From Acidobacteriota bacterium (lineage in GTDB: Bacteria; Acidobacteriota; Polarisedimenticolia; Gp22-AA2), in NCBI GenBank assembly GCA_018606725.1, contig JAGYID010000031.1, positions 1 to 62,724 of the forward strand: DNA of 62,724 bases. The letters run 5' to 3'. This document shows positions 1-9,581 of this stretch, piece by piece. Each line of letters begins with the position of its first letter. Position 1 is the first letter of the stretch. A program made the position numbers and the translations under genes. The notes beneath the pieces were generated by a model. The model was not told where the DNA came from, did no database searches, and saw nothing but the letters and a program-made list of their open reading frames with translations.

Positions 1-15
1 CTCGCCGGGGCTCCG

Positions 16-2490
16 TCAGGAGTTGACCGCCTTCTTGTAGCCGCAGCCCTCGTTGTCGCAGAACACCGTCGTGCCGTCCTTCTTGGTGATCTTCTCGAGG
101 ATGTACGGCTTGCCGCAGGATGGGCAGGCTTCGGCGATCGGGCGGTACCAGGTGACGAAGTCGCACTTCGGGTAGTTGTTGCAGCCGAAGAAGACGCGGC
201 CGCGGCGGGAGCGGCGCTCGACGATGCGGCCGCCGCAGCCGTCGCGCGGGCAGTCGAGACCGACCTCTTTCAGCTTGATGTAGCGGCACTCCGGGTAGTT
301 CGAGCAGGCGGTGAACTCGCCGAAGCGGCCGTCCTTGACCGCCAGTTGCTTGCCGCACTGCGGGCATTTCTCGTCGAGCATCTTGTCCGGCTTGCGGGTG
401 ACGGTGATCGCGCCTTCCTTGTCGATGGCGATCTTCTTGGTGTTGCGGCACTTCGGGTAGGCCGAGCACGCGAGGAACGGGCCGAAGCGCCCCTTGCGCA
501 CCACCATCGCCGAGCCGCACTTCTCGCACGAGCCGTGCGCCTCGGGGATGACCGGCGCCTCGGTCGACTTGCCCCCGTTCGGGCCGCCGCCGCCGTTGAC
601 CACCGGCGCCAGCTCCATGGTGTTCTTGCACTCCGGGTAGCCGGAGCAGGCCATGAACCGGCCGTAGCGGCCCCACTTGATGACCATCGGCTTGCCGCAC
701 TTGTCGCACACCTTGTCAGTCGGCTCTTCCTTGGCCTTGATGTTCTCCATGTTGGCCGTGGCGGCCTTCAGGTCCTTGCTGAACTGCTTGTTGAAGCCCT
801 TCAGGGCGGTGACGTAGTCGAGCCGCCCCTCTTCGATTTCGTCGAGCTCCTCCTCCATCCGCGCCGTGTACTTGACGTCGACGATGTCGGCGAAGTGGCC
901 GACGAGCAGGTCGGTGACCGTCATGCCGATCTCGCTGGGCACGAACTTGCCTTCGACCTTCTCGACGTACTCGCGGTTCTGCAGGGTCGACAGGATCGAG
1001 GCGTAGGTCGACGGCCGCCCGATGCCGTTCTCCTCAAGCTCCTTGACCAGTGACGCCTCGGTGAAGCGGGGCGGCGGCTGGGTGAAGTGCTGCTTCGGGT
1101 CGAGCGATTTCAGCGACAGGCGGTCGCCCGCGGCGAGCGGCGGCAGGGCGCGGTTCGCGTCGTCCTCCTCGGCCGCGGCGTCCTTATCGGCCGCCGCGTC
1201 CTTGTCCCGCTTCTCTTTCTCGACCACGTCCTGGTAGACGGCCAGGTAGCCCGCGAACTTCATCGTCGAGCCGGTGGCGCGGAAAATACAGTCGCCGGCG
1301 CGGATGTCGGCGGTGGTGACATCGAACAGCGCCGGCTTCATCTGCGAGGCGACGAAGCGGTTCCAGATCAGGTTGTAGAGCAGGAACTCGTCCTTCTGCA
1401 GGAAGCGCTTAACGTGCTCCGGAGGCACGGCCATCGACGTCGGGCGGATTGCCTCGTGCGCCCCCTGCTCCCCCTTGCCCGTCTTGTAGACGCGCGGCTC
1501 CTCGGGAAGGTGCTCGGGGCCGTGGGTGGCTTTGATGTAGTCGCGCACCTCCTGCATCGCCTCCGGGGCGATGCGGGTCGAGTCGGTCCTCATGTAGGTG
1601 ATCAGACCGACGGTGCCGAGATCGCCGACGTCCATCCCCTCGTACAGGCGCTGCGCCAGGGTCATCGTCTTCTTGACGGTGAATCCCAGCTTGCGCGAGG
1701 CGTCCTGCTGCAGCTTGCTGGTGATGAACGGCGGGACCGGGTGCTTCTTCTTCTCCTTCGACTCGACCGTCTCGACCGTGAAGGTGGCGCTCTTCAGGGA
1801 GCGCACCACGGCGTCGGTCTGCTGCTGGTTCTTGAGGTCGGCCTTCTTGTCCTTGACCTTGAAGAGGCGCGCCTCGAACGGCGGAGGCGCCGCGCCTTCG
1901 AGCAGGGCCGCCAGCGTCCAGTATTCCTCCGGCTTGAACGCCTGGATCTCGCGCTCGCGCTCGACGACCATGCGCAGCGCCACCGACTGCACGCGCCCGG
2001 CCGACAGGCCGCGGCGCACGCGGTCCCAAAGCAGCGGGCTGATCTTGTAGCCGACCAGCCGGTCGAGGATGCGCCGCGCCTGCTGCGCGTCGACCTTGTT
2101 GGAGTCGATCTTCTCCGGGTGCTCGATGCCGTGCTGCACGGCGCGCTTGGTGATCTCGTTGAACGACACGCGGTACAGGTTCTTGTTCGATTTCTTCAGC
2201 ACCTCGGAGAGGTGCCAGCTGATCGCCTCGCCCTCGCGGTCGGGGTCGGGCGCCAGGTAAACCTTGTCGGCGCTGCCGGCGGCCTTCTTCAGCTCGTCGA
2301 TGACCTTCTTGCGGCCCGGCAGGATCTCGTAGGTCGGCTTGAAGTCCTTCTTCTCGTCGACGCCGAGGGTCTTCTTGGGCAGATCGCGGACGTGCCCCAT
2401 CGAGGCCTTCACCGTGAAGTTGCGGCCCAGGAATTTGTTGATCGTCTTCGCCTTGGCCGGCGATTCGACGATGACCAGCGACTTGCCCAA
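16..2490 (-). CDS. topA: DNA topoisomerase I (type IA) with five C-terminal C4 zinc-ribbon modules
   Basis: 824-aa ORF. TOPRIM-like N-terminus (LVIVESPAKAKTI) and type IA core. Five CxxC...C..C ribbons at the C-terminus. TTG start preceded by AGGAG. Confidence 0.95.
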   Translation of the reverse strand: MGKSLVIVESPAKAKTINKFLGRNFTVKASMGHVRDLPKKTLGVDEKKDFKPTYEILPGRKKVIDELKKAAGSADKVYLAPDPDREGEAISWHLSEVLKKSNKNLYRVSFNEITKRAVQHGIEHPEKIDSNKVDAQQARRILDRLVGYKISPLLWDRVRRGLSAGRVQSVALRMVVEREREIQAFKPEEYWTLAALLEGAAPPPFEARLFKVKDKKADLKNQQQTDAVVRSLKSATFTVETVESKEKKKHPVPPFITSKLQQDASRKLGFTVKKTMTLAQRLYEGMDVGDLGTVGLITYMRTDSTRIAPEAMQEVRDYIKATHGPEHLPEEPRVYKTGKGEQGAHEAIRPTSMAVPPEHVKRFLQKDEFLLYNLIWNRFVASQMKPALFDVTTADIRAGDCIFRATGSTMKFAGYLAVYQDVVEKEKRDKDAAADKDAAAEEDDANRALPPLAAGDRLSLKSLDPKQHFTQPPPRFTEASLVKELEENGIGRPSTYASILSTLQNREYVEKVEGKFVPSEIGMTVTDLLVGHFADIVDVKYTARMEEELDEIEEGRLDYVTALKGFNKQFSKDLKAATANMENIKAKEEPTDKVCDKCGKPMVIKWGRYGRFMACSGYPECKNTMELAPVVNGGGGPNGGKSTEAPVIPEAHGSCEKCGSAMVVRKGRFGPFLACSAYPKCRNTKKIAIDKEGAITVTRKPDKMLDEKCPQCGKQLAVKDGRFGEFTACSNYPECRYIKLKEVGLDCPRDGCGGRIVERRSRRGRVFFGCNNYPKCDFVTWYRPIAEACPSCGKPYILEKITKKDGTTVFCDNEGCGYKKAVNS

Positions 2491-2566
2491 GTGACTCTCC
2501 TTCGGCCCGCGCGTCGCTTCGATCGTGCGCGGAGCCCGGTTATCTTTGCTTCAATATAGGCCGCCG

Positions 2567-3646
2567 TCAAGTTTTGCAAGCGGCGGCGATGAATCGGCGC
2601 CCCGGAAGCTGGCGCACCAGTCCGGCGAGCTCGAGGTCCAGAAGCAGCGCCAGCAGCGGCCCCGGGGCCATCCCGGAGGACTGCACCAGCGCATCGATTG
2701 CGATGCCGCGGGTCGCCGGAATGTCGGCGAGCACCCGCCGATGCTCCGGCCCGAGCGCCGTCCCCGGCGCGCCGCCCGGCGCCGCCGGCACTTCCGCCGC
2801 CGTGCCGCCCTCCGGTCCTGCCGGCGCGGCAGCGAACTCGCGCGCCGCCTCGACGACCTGCGGCGCCAGATCCTCCAGAACGTCGGCCGCGCCGCGGCAG
2901 GTCAGGGCGCCGTCGCGCAGCAACGCGTTGGTCCCCTCGGCATTCGGCTCGCCGACCGCCCCGGGCACCGCGTAGACGAGGCGCCCCTCCTGCAGAGCCA
3001 GGTTGGCGGTGATCAGCGAGCCGCTGTCGCGCGCCGCCTCCACCACCACGGTCGCCCATGTCGACCAGGCGATGATCCGGTTGCGCTCCGGGAAATTCCG
3101 CGCCACCGGGCCGAACCCGAGCGGCAGCTCGCTGAGCACCGCGCCGTGCGCCGCGATCGCCTCCGCCAGCTTTCGATGCTCGGCGGGGTAGATCCGATCC
3201 ACTCCGCAGCCCAGCACCGCCAGGGTGCGCCCGCCCGCCTCCAGGGCGCCGCGGTGGGCGGCCGCATCGATCCCCCGCGCCAGCCCGGAGACGACGGTGA
3301 AACCGGCGCCGGCGAGGCCGGCGGCGATGTCCCTGGCCAGCCTCAGGCCGTGCGGCGTGGCCCGCCGCGACCCGACCACCGCCACCGCCAGCGCATCACG
3401 CCGGAGAAGATCGCCACGGGCGTACAGGACCGGCGGCGGGTCCGGCGCGGCGTGCAGCAGGGGCGGGTAGGCCTCATCCTCGATCGTGAGGACGGAGGCG
3501 CCGATGCGGCGGGCGCTCTCGATCTCGGCGTCGGCCGCCGCGACGGCGGCGGCGTCGATCTCCGCCCCGGGCAGGCGCTTTCGCCAGCCCGGCGAGCCGG
3601 CGTGCGTCAGGTTGAGCGCGACCCAGTGCCGGGCCGAACGCGACAA
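2567..3646 (-). CDS. dprA: DNA processing/protecting protein DprA (Smf)
   Basis: 359-aa ORF with the Rossmann-like DprA core (GLARGIDAAAHRGALEAGGRTLAVLGCGVDRIYP). Sits in the conserved dprA-topA arrangement. Confidence 0.9.
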   Translation of the reverse strand: MSRSARHWVALNLTHAGSPGWRKRLPGAEIDAAAVAAADAEIESARRIGASVLTIEDEAYPPLLHAAPDPPPVLYARGDLLRRDALAVAVVGSRRATPHGLRLARDIAAGLAGAGFTVVSGLARGIDAAAHRGALEAGGRTLAVLGCGVDRIYPAEHRKLAEAIAAHGAVLSELPLGFGPVARNFPERNRIIAWSTWATVVVEAARDSGSLITANLALQEGRLVYAVPGAVGEPNAEGTNALLRDGALTCRGAADVLEDLAPQVVEAAREFAAAPAGPEGGTAAEVPAAPGGAPGTALGPEHRRVLADIPATRGIAIDALVQSSGMAPGPLLALLLDLELAGLVRQLPGRRFIAAACKT

Positions 3647-3700
3647 CGGGACCTCACAGCCGACGCGGAAGGTGTAGACCCTAAGCGAGAACCGCCGCGC

Positions 3701-3730
3701 TTGTCAAGCAAGGGGGTCCTGGGATATAAG
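3701..3730 (+). promoter_or_regulatory. candidate sigma70-type promoter for the EPS-like operon
   Basis: TTGTCA (3701-3706), then a 17-18 nt spacer, then ATATAA/TATAAG (3724-3730). Lies in the dprA/TPR-hydrolase divergent spacer. Confidence 0.4.
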
Positions 3731-3890
3731 GCGCGCGGATGCCGCATGGCGATATCCTCCGGACCGGGTTCTTCCAGAAAACACGCTCCCTGAAAGACTT
3801 TTCGCGCGCCGCGGACCGCCGGCGCCGCTCGGCGCCACCGAGCAAGGGCAGCGCAGCGCCGGCCTGTACGCTCTCGCCGGCTGGTGCCGG

Positions 3891-6530
3891 TTGCGCCTCG
3901 GCGAGCTGCGGGAGGCGGAGAACGCCTTCCGCGCCGCCCTCACCGTCGAGCCGGGGGCGCTCGATCCGCGCGTCGGGCTCGGCTACGTCTTGCTGCGGAA
4001 GGGCTCGCCGGCCGCCGCCTCGGACGAGTTCGACGCCGTCCTGAGGCGCGATCCGGACAACGCCGACGCCATCAAGGGGCTCGGTCTGGCGTTGCGCAAC
4101 GAGGCGCGGCTGCCGGAAGCGGCCGAGGCGCTGCGCCGCGCGCTGGCGCTGGCGCCCGGCGACGCCGAGACGAAGCAGATCCTCGAGCAGGTGCTCGGGG
4201 CGCAGGGGGTGACGCGCGAGCGCCGGCCGCGGCCGGCCGTCGACGCGTCGCGGCCGTTGCGCGTGGTGGCGCGCGCCGGCGACGGGCGCCTGGAGATCGC
4301 CGGCCCCTCCGGATTCCGGCCGATCTTCGTCAAGGGCATCAACATGGGCGTGGCGCTGCCGGGGCGCTTCCCCGCCGAGTTTCCCGAGAGGCAGGAAACC
4401 TACGAGGACTGGCTGACCGAAGTCGCGGCGATGGGGGCCAACGTCGTCCGTCTCTATACCCTGCTGCCGCCCGCCTTCTACGCCGCCCTCGAGGCCCACA
4501 ACCGCAAGGATCCGGAGCGGCGGCTGTGGCTGGTGCAGGGAGTCTGGACCGAGCTGCCGCCCGGCGACGATTACGCCGCGGCCGCCTTCGACGACGAGTT
4601 CAAGGCGGAGATCCGGCGGGTCATCGACGCCGTGCACGGCAATCTCGACCAGCCGGCGCGCCCCGGCCACGCGTTCGGCGAGTACCGCGCCGATGTCTCG
4701 TCCGGCACCCTGGCGTGGCTCCTGGGCCGGGAATGGGAGCCGTACTCGGTGCAGCGCTTTGACCGGGCGGGCCGGGCCGCGGGCCGGCCGGCGTTCCGCG
4801 GCGCCTACTTCGAGGCCGCGGCGCAGGCCACGCCGTTCGAGTCGTGGCTGGCCTCGACGCTCGACGCCGCGACCGGCTACGAGACGACGCAGTACCGGCA
4901 GCAGCGCCCGATTGCGTTCGTGAACTGGCCGACCCTCGACCCGCTGACGCATCCCACCGAGGCGACCGTCGAGGAGGAGCTCCGCCTGCGGCGCGAGCGC
5001 GGGACCCCGCCGGCAGAGCCGATCCTCGAATACGACAACGACGCGGTCGGGGTCGACGCGCTGCACATCGTCCCGGGGAAGGAATCGCGCGCCGGACAGT
5101 TCGCCAGCTATCACGCCTATCCTTATTACCCCGATTTCATGAGCCTCGACCCCGGCTACAGCCGGGCGCGCGATGCTGAAGGGCCGTGCAACTACATCGG
5201 CTACCTGCGCGACCTGGTCCGTCACCATGGTTCGCAGCCGGTCCTGATCGGCGAGTTCGGCGTCCCCAGCAGCCGCGGCATCGCCCACCTTCAGAGGGAG
5301 GGGTTCAATCACGGCGGCCACACCGAGACGCGGCAGGGGGAGATCGACGCCCACCTGCTGCGCGATATCCACCAGGCCGGTCTGGCCGGCGGCATCCTGT
5401 TCGCCCTCCTCGACGAATGGTTCAAGCGCAACTGGCTGGTGACCGAGTTCGAGAACCCCGCCGATCGCAACCCGCTCTGGCTCAACGCTCTCGACCCCGA
5501 GCAGAACTACGGGGTGCTGGCGGCCCGGCCGGGCCAGCACGCCTGGAAGGTCCTGATCGACGGCCGATCGGAGGACTGGAACGGCATCCGGACGCTTGTC
5601 GAGAAGCGCAGCGGCGGTCCGGAGGTGCCGCTGGACGACGGTCACGATCCGGCGCGGACGCTGCGGGGGCTGGCGGCGGCCTCGGACGAGGGCTACCTTT
5701 ACCTCCGCCTCGACGTGGAGCGGCTGGACGCGGACGGCGACGGGGCGCCTGACTGGAAAGAGGCCGTCTACGTGATCGGCATCGACACCTACGATGAAAA
5801 GAGGGGCGACCGCCGCCTGCCGGTGAGCGACGGACCGGTGCGCGCCGGCCGGGCCGCCGCGCCGGGCGAGCGGACCGCCTCACCGGCCGGCCTGGAGTTC
5901 TGCGTCATCCTGGACGGGGAGACGACCGCGCGGCTGCTGGTCGACGCCCCCTACGACATCGCCACGCACCGCACCCACCGCCCCTACGGCTCGGTGGCGA
6001 ATGACGACGGTCGCTTCGTCGAAATCAGGCAGACGACCAACCGAGGGCGGTTCGGGCGGGACGGGACCGAGTACCCCGCGCAGGGGTACAGCCTGTCGCC
6101 GCTCCGGCACGGGTCCATCGATCGGCGCGACTCCGACTACAATACGCTCGCCGACTGGCGCGTCGGGCGCGCCGGCGACTTCATCGAAGTCCGACTCGGG
6201 TGGGGCTTGCTGAACGTCACCGATCCGTCGTCGCGCCGCGTCCTGCACGACAATCCCGACGATCTCAGGGCGATCGGCACCGTCGTCACCCCCGGATTCC
6301 GCTTCCTCGCCGCCGCCGTCAGGCCGGCGGGAGCCCCCGGAGGGTCGACGCCGGTGGCCGGGCTGGTGACCGATCGGCTGCCCGCCGGGGACTTGCTCAC
6401 CGCGCGCGACCTGCCGCAGTACTCATGGACCGGCTGGGAGCGCCCGACGTACCGCATCGAGAGGAAGGACGCGTGGACGATTCTCAAGACGGCGTTCGCG
6501 ACGCTGCCGTCCGAACCGGCCGGCGAGTGA
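3891..6530 (+). CDS. TPR-repeat protein fused to a TIM-barrel glycoside-hydrolase-like domain and a C-terminal beta-rich domain (5' end uncertain)
   Basis: 879-aa ORF with strong GC3 coding bias. N-terminal TPR motifs. Hydrolase-like blocks: FVKGINMGV, GANVVRLYTLLPP, FVNWPTLDP and PVLIGEFGVPSS. No signal peptide. A TPR motif continues upstream of the first canonical start. Confidence 0.7.
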   Translation: MRLGELREAENAFRAALTVEPGALDPRVGLGYVLLRKGSPAAASDEFDAVLRRDPDNADAIKGLGLALRNEARLPEAAEALRRALALAPGDAETKQILEQVLGAQGVTRERRPRPAVDASRPLRVVARAGDGRLEIAGPSGFRPIFVKGINMGVALPGRFPAEFPERQETYEDWLTEVAAMGANVVRLYTLLPPAFYAALEAHNRKDPERRLWLVQGVWTELPPGDDYAAAAFDDEFKAEIRRVIDAVHGNLDQPARPGHAFGEYRADVSSGTLAWLLGREWEPYSVQRFDRAGRAAGRPAFRGAYFEAAAQATPFESWLASTLDAATGYETTQYRQQRPIAFVNWPTLDPLTHPTEATVEEELRLRRERGTPPAEPILEYDNDAVGVDALHIVPGKESRAGQFASYHAYPYYPDFMSLDPGYSRARDAEGPCNYIGYLRDLVRHHGSQPVLIGEFGVPSSRGIAHLQREGFNHGGHTETRQGEIDAHLLRDIHQAGLAGGILFALLDEWFKRNWLVTEFENPADRNPLWLNALDPEQNYGVLAARPGQHAWKVLIDGRSEDWNGIRTLVEKRSGGPEVPLDDGHDPARTLRGLAAASDEGYLYLRLDVERLDADGDGAPDWKEAVYVIGIDTYDEKRGDRRLPVSDGPVRAGRAAAPGERTASPAGLEFCVILDGETTARLLVDAPYDIATHRTHRPYGSVANDDGRFVEIRQTTNRGRFGRDGTEYPAQGYSLSPLRHGSIDRRDSDYNTLADWRVGRAGDFIEVRLGWGLLNVTDPSSRRVLHDNPDDLRAIGTVVTPGFRFLAAAVRPAGAPGGSTPVAGLVTDRLPAGDLLTARDLPQYSWTGWERPTYRIERKDAWTILKTAFATLPSEPAGE

Positions 6531-8302
6531 GCGACCTCCGGGCCTCCGGGCTGCTCGGCCTCGCTTCGATCCTGGCGCTGCTGCCGGCGCTGGCCGCTCC
6601 CGCCGCCGGCGCCGGCCGCCAGGAGACCGCCCCGGCCGCCGCCGCGCCGCTCACGACGACCGGCGCGACCGACAACCCCGGGGCGACGCCGGCGTCACCG
6701 ACCTTCGAGGACCTCGTGCGCGACGCCGACGCCGCCTTCCGGCGTGAGGATTACAAGGAGGCGCGCCGCCTGTACGCGGCGGCGGTCGGCCTCCGCCCCG
6801 ACGCCCTGCACCCGAGGCGGCGGCTGGCGCTGTTGCAGTCGTGGGACGGCGATCTCGACGACTCGATCGCCAACTACGAGAAGGCTCTGGCGCTGGCGCC
6901 GGGCGATTTCGATCTGAACCTGGAGCACGCCAAAGTTCTCGCTTGGGACGGCCGCTACCAGGAGTCGATCGCCCGCTACGGGGAACTGCGCTCGTCGCAC
7001 CCCGATGACGCGCGCGTCCTCCTGGGTCTCGGCCAGACGCTCGGCTGGGCCGGGCGCTACGCCGACGGCGACGCGGTGTACCGCGACATGGAGGCGCGGC
7101 AGATCGAGCCGATCCAGGCGCACATCGGCCGGGCGCGCCTGATGGCGTGGCAGGGGAACCTGGACGGGGCGACCGACGCCTACCGCGACGTGATCAAGGC
7201 CGATCCCGGCAACCTCGAGGCCCGCATCGGGCTGGCGCAGGTCAACCACTGGCGGGGCCAGGATCGGCAGGCGCAGGCGCAGATCGACAACATCGTTGTC
7301 GATCATCCCGACAGCCGGGAGGCGAAGCAGGTCCAGCAGGAGATTCACGACGCCCTGCGACCGGTCGCCGGCTTCGAAGGATTCCGCTTCAGCGACAACG
7401 AGTCGAACCGGGTCGACAGCGGCACGCTGTCCTATACCTTCCAGGCCGAGCCGCAGACCTCGATCCGGATCGCCCTGTCGACCTACGACGCTTCGTTCCG
7501 CTGCGACGCCGCGACGTTCTGCAACGAGCCGGGCGACGCGGTGGGCGACGAGCTGTCCGACAGCGCACAGGTCCTGATGGGCGGCCTGACGTCGCGGGTC
7601 ATCGGGCCGATCCTGTTCCATGCCCGCCTGGGGGCGACGCGCGAGACGACCCTGGGCGGGAGCGACCGGACCCTCCTGGTCGGCGGCGGGTTCATCCGCT
7701 GGCAGGTCGGCCCGCGGTTCGGCGTGACCGGCAACGCCTCGCGAGACGCGCTCCTGGACACCGTCGTGCTGATCGACCGCGGCATCCGCGTCGACACCGC
7801 CGACATGCGGCTGGAATATCGCTTCCAGCCGCAGTGGCTGCTGTCCGGATCGGGCGGATTCGGGCTCTACTCGGACGGCAACCGGCGCGTCACCGCCGCG
7901 GCCGGGGTGCAGTGGTCGATCCGTCCGGCACGGCCGCGGATCACCGGCACCTTCAGCGCCAGCTACCGCCGCTTCGACGAGGATTTGGACAACGGCTACT
8001 TCGACCCGCTGCGCTACGACTCCGAGCTCATCGTCCTGGGGCTCGGCGACGAGTATCGACGCGGCCGCTGGTTCTGGCAGGCCGAGGGGACCTTCGGCCG
8101 CCAGGCGTTCTCGACCGGGCCGGGGGCCACCGGCGACGCCGGCGACAATGACCGCGTCCAGGGGATCTATCTTGCCGCCGGAACGAAATTCAGCCCGCGG
8201 GCGTCGCTCGAGGCGTACTACTGGCGCAGCGACTATGCCCTGCAGGTCGCCACCGGCTTCACCTCCACGAAGAGCGGCTTCGTCATGAGGTTCAAGCTGT
8301 GA
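6527..8302 (+). CDS. outer-membrane TPR + beta-barrel export porin (PgaA/YaiO-like architecture)
   Basis: GTG at 6527 overlaps the upstream stop (GTGA). Signal-peptide-like N-terminus (LLGLASILALLPALAAPAAGA). About five TPR motifs with recurrent W.G..., followed by roughly 280 aa of alternating beta-strand pattern. Confidence 0.75.
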   Translation: MSDLRASGLLGLASILALLPALAAPAAGAGRQETAPAAAAPLTTTGATDNPGATPASPTFEDLVRDADAAFRREDYKEARRLYAAAVGLRPDALHPRRRLALLQSWDGDLDDSIANYEKALALAPGDFDLNLEHAKVLAWDGRYQESIARYGELRSSHPDDARVLLGLGQTLGWAGRYADGDAVYRDMEARQIEPIQAHIGRARLMAWQGNLDGATDAYRDVIKADPGNLEARIGLAQVNHWRGQDRQAQAQIDNIVVDHPDSREAKQVQQEIHDALRPVAGFEGFRFSDNESNRVDSGTLSYTFQAEPQTSIRIALSTYDASFRCDAATFCNEPGDAVGDELSDSAQVLMGGLTSRVIGPILFHARLGATRETTLGGSDRTLLVGGGFIRWQVGPRFGVTGNASRDALLDTVVLIDRGIRVDTADMRLEYRFQPQWLLSGSGGFGLYSDGNRRVTAAAGVQWSIRPARPRITGTFSASYRRFDEDLDNGYFDPLRYDSELIVLGLGDEYRRGRWFWQAEGTFGRQAFSTGPGATGDAGDNDRVQGIYLAAGTKFSPRASLEAYYWRSDYALQVATGFTSTKSGFVMRFKL

Positions 8303-8318
8303 CGTTCAAGGGGACGTC

Positions 8319-9581
8319 ATGCGCCAGGCGCTGATCCTGGCCATCCTCTGGTGGTCGGGTGGCGTGCTCGCGGCCCTGACGCTCCTGATCGTCGTCAACA
8401 AGGCGATCCGCGAGATGCGCGGCGCCTTCGATCGAAGGCGGCGGGTCATCCTCGGGCCGCTGGTCGAGCGTTACGTCTCCGAGACCGGGCCGCGATCGAT
8501 CCACGACCACCTGCCGCAGCCGCTGCGGCGCCGCGATCGGCGTCTGGCGGAGGCGATCCTGCTGGAGACCGCCCGGACGGCGGGTGGTGCCATGCGCGAG
8601 CGGATCACCGCCGCTTTCGAATCGCTCGGCTCGGTGCGCGCCGCCATCCGCGCCGCGGGCAGCGGGCGCTGGTGGCGGAGGGCGGAGGCGGCCGAGAGCC
8701 TCGGGCTGATGCGAAGCCGGCTGGCGGTCGACCCGTTGATCCGGTTGATGGACGATCCGGCCGGCGAGGTGCGCTTCCGGGCGGCGCGCGCCCTCGGCAT
8801 GATCCGCGGCGGCACCTCGATCCGGCCGCTGGTGCGCGCCCTCGCGGACCCCAGCCGCTGGTCGGCGATCCGCGTCGCGGAGATCCTGATCGGCGCCGGC
8901 GACGAGGCGGTGGACGAGCTGCTCGCCGCCTGGCCGGAGCTGCCGCCGCCGGCGCGGCTGTCGGCGCTCGAGGTGCTCGGACGAACGCGCAGCCGGAAAG
9001 CGGTGCCCCTGCTGCGCGACAATCTCCGGGACGCCAACGCCGACATCCGCGCCCGCGCGGCGCACGCCCTCGGTCTGGTCGGTGACGCCGGCGCGCTCGA
9101 CGATCTGCTGGCCGCCCTGCGCGACCCGGAGTGGCCGGTGCGGGCGATGGCGGCGAAGGCGCTCGGCCGGCTCGCCGACGGACGCGCCGTGGCGACGTTG
9201 TGCGAGGCGCTCAAGGACCGGCAGTGGTGGGTCCGCGCCAACGCCGGCGAGGCGTTGCGGAACCTGGGACCCGAGGGGCGCGACGCCCTGATCCGGATGC
9301 TCGACGCCGACGACACCTACGCGCGGCACCAGGCGGTCGAGCAGCTCGAGCAGGGGCGGATCCTCGACGGCTACATCGCCGACCTGGTCTCGCCCGAAGC
9401 GGCGCGTCGCGAAGCGGCCCTGCAGTTCGTCCGCAAGATCATCTCGCTCAAGAGGGTCGATCGCCTGACCCAGATGGCGGTCGAGAACACCCAGGAAGGG
9501 GTGCGGCGCGCCCTCGGCGCCATCCTCGGCGGCGCGGCCGGGCCGGTCCGGAGCGGCGGCACCGGCGGAGAAGGCTCGTGA
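8319..9581 (+). CDS. membrane-anchored HEAT-repeat protein
   Basis: 420-aa ORF with an N-terminal TM helix (ALILAILWWSGGVLAALTLLIVV). Multiple PBS-lyase/HEAT-like repeats (D..VR..AA.ALG...). RBS AAGGGGA. Confidence 0.8.
   Translation: MRQALILAILWWSGGVLAALTLLIVVNKAIREMRGAFDRRRRVILGPLVERYVSETGPRSIHDHLPQPLRRRDRRLAEAILLETARTAGGAMRERITAAFESLGSVRAAIRAAGSGRWWRRAEAAESLGLMRSRLAVDPLIRLMDDPAGEVRFRAARALGMIRGGTSIRPLVRALADPSRWSAIRVAEILIGAGDEAVDELLAAWPELPPPARLSALEVLGRTRSRKAVPLLRDNLRDANADIRARAAHALGLVGDAGALDDLLAALRDPEWPVRAMAAKALGRLADGRAVATLCEALKDRQWWVRANAGEALRNLGPEGRDALIRMLDADDTYARHQAVEQLEQGRILDGYIADLVSPEAARREAALQFVRKIISLKRVDRLTQMAVENTQEGVRRALGAILGGAAGPVRSGGTGGEGS

Noticed and set aside
3739-4044. 101-aa ORF starting with an ATG right at the predicted TSS of the EPS promoter, considered as a leaderless small gene or as the frameshifted true N-terminus of the TPR protein.
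   Set aside because: The translation is Arg/Ser/Ala/Pro low-complexity, with no hydrophobic signal and no TPR pattern. It overlaps the well-supported TPR frame. I kept it only as a caveat in the finding on the 5' end.
3681-5645. 654-aa antisense ORF opposite the TPR/hydrolase gene. Similar long shadow ORFs occur at 38408-41854 (1148 aa), 43100-45991 (963 aa), 17979-20411 (810 aa), 46054-48393, 32761-35121, 31584-33800, 50845-52788, 13091-14944, 53157-54608 and 55652-57058.
   Set aside because: They are Arg/Ala/Gly/Pro-rich low-complexity translations with no motifs. They lie opposite genes with unambiguous family signatures. This is the expected stop-codon-poor antisense frame of a 70% GC genome.
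9131-9577. Upstream extensions of the GT2 ORF (from 9131) and of the porin ORF (6200-6526).
   Set aside because: Both extensions are out-of-frame read-through of the preceding genes with junk composition. In-frame GTG codons overlapping the upstream stops give sensible N-termini (TM helices and a signal peptide respectively).
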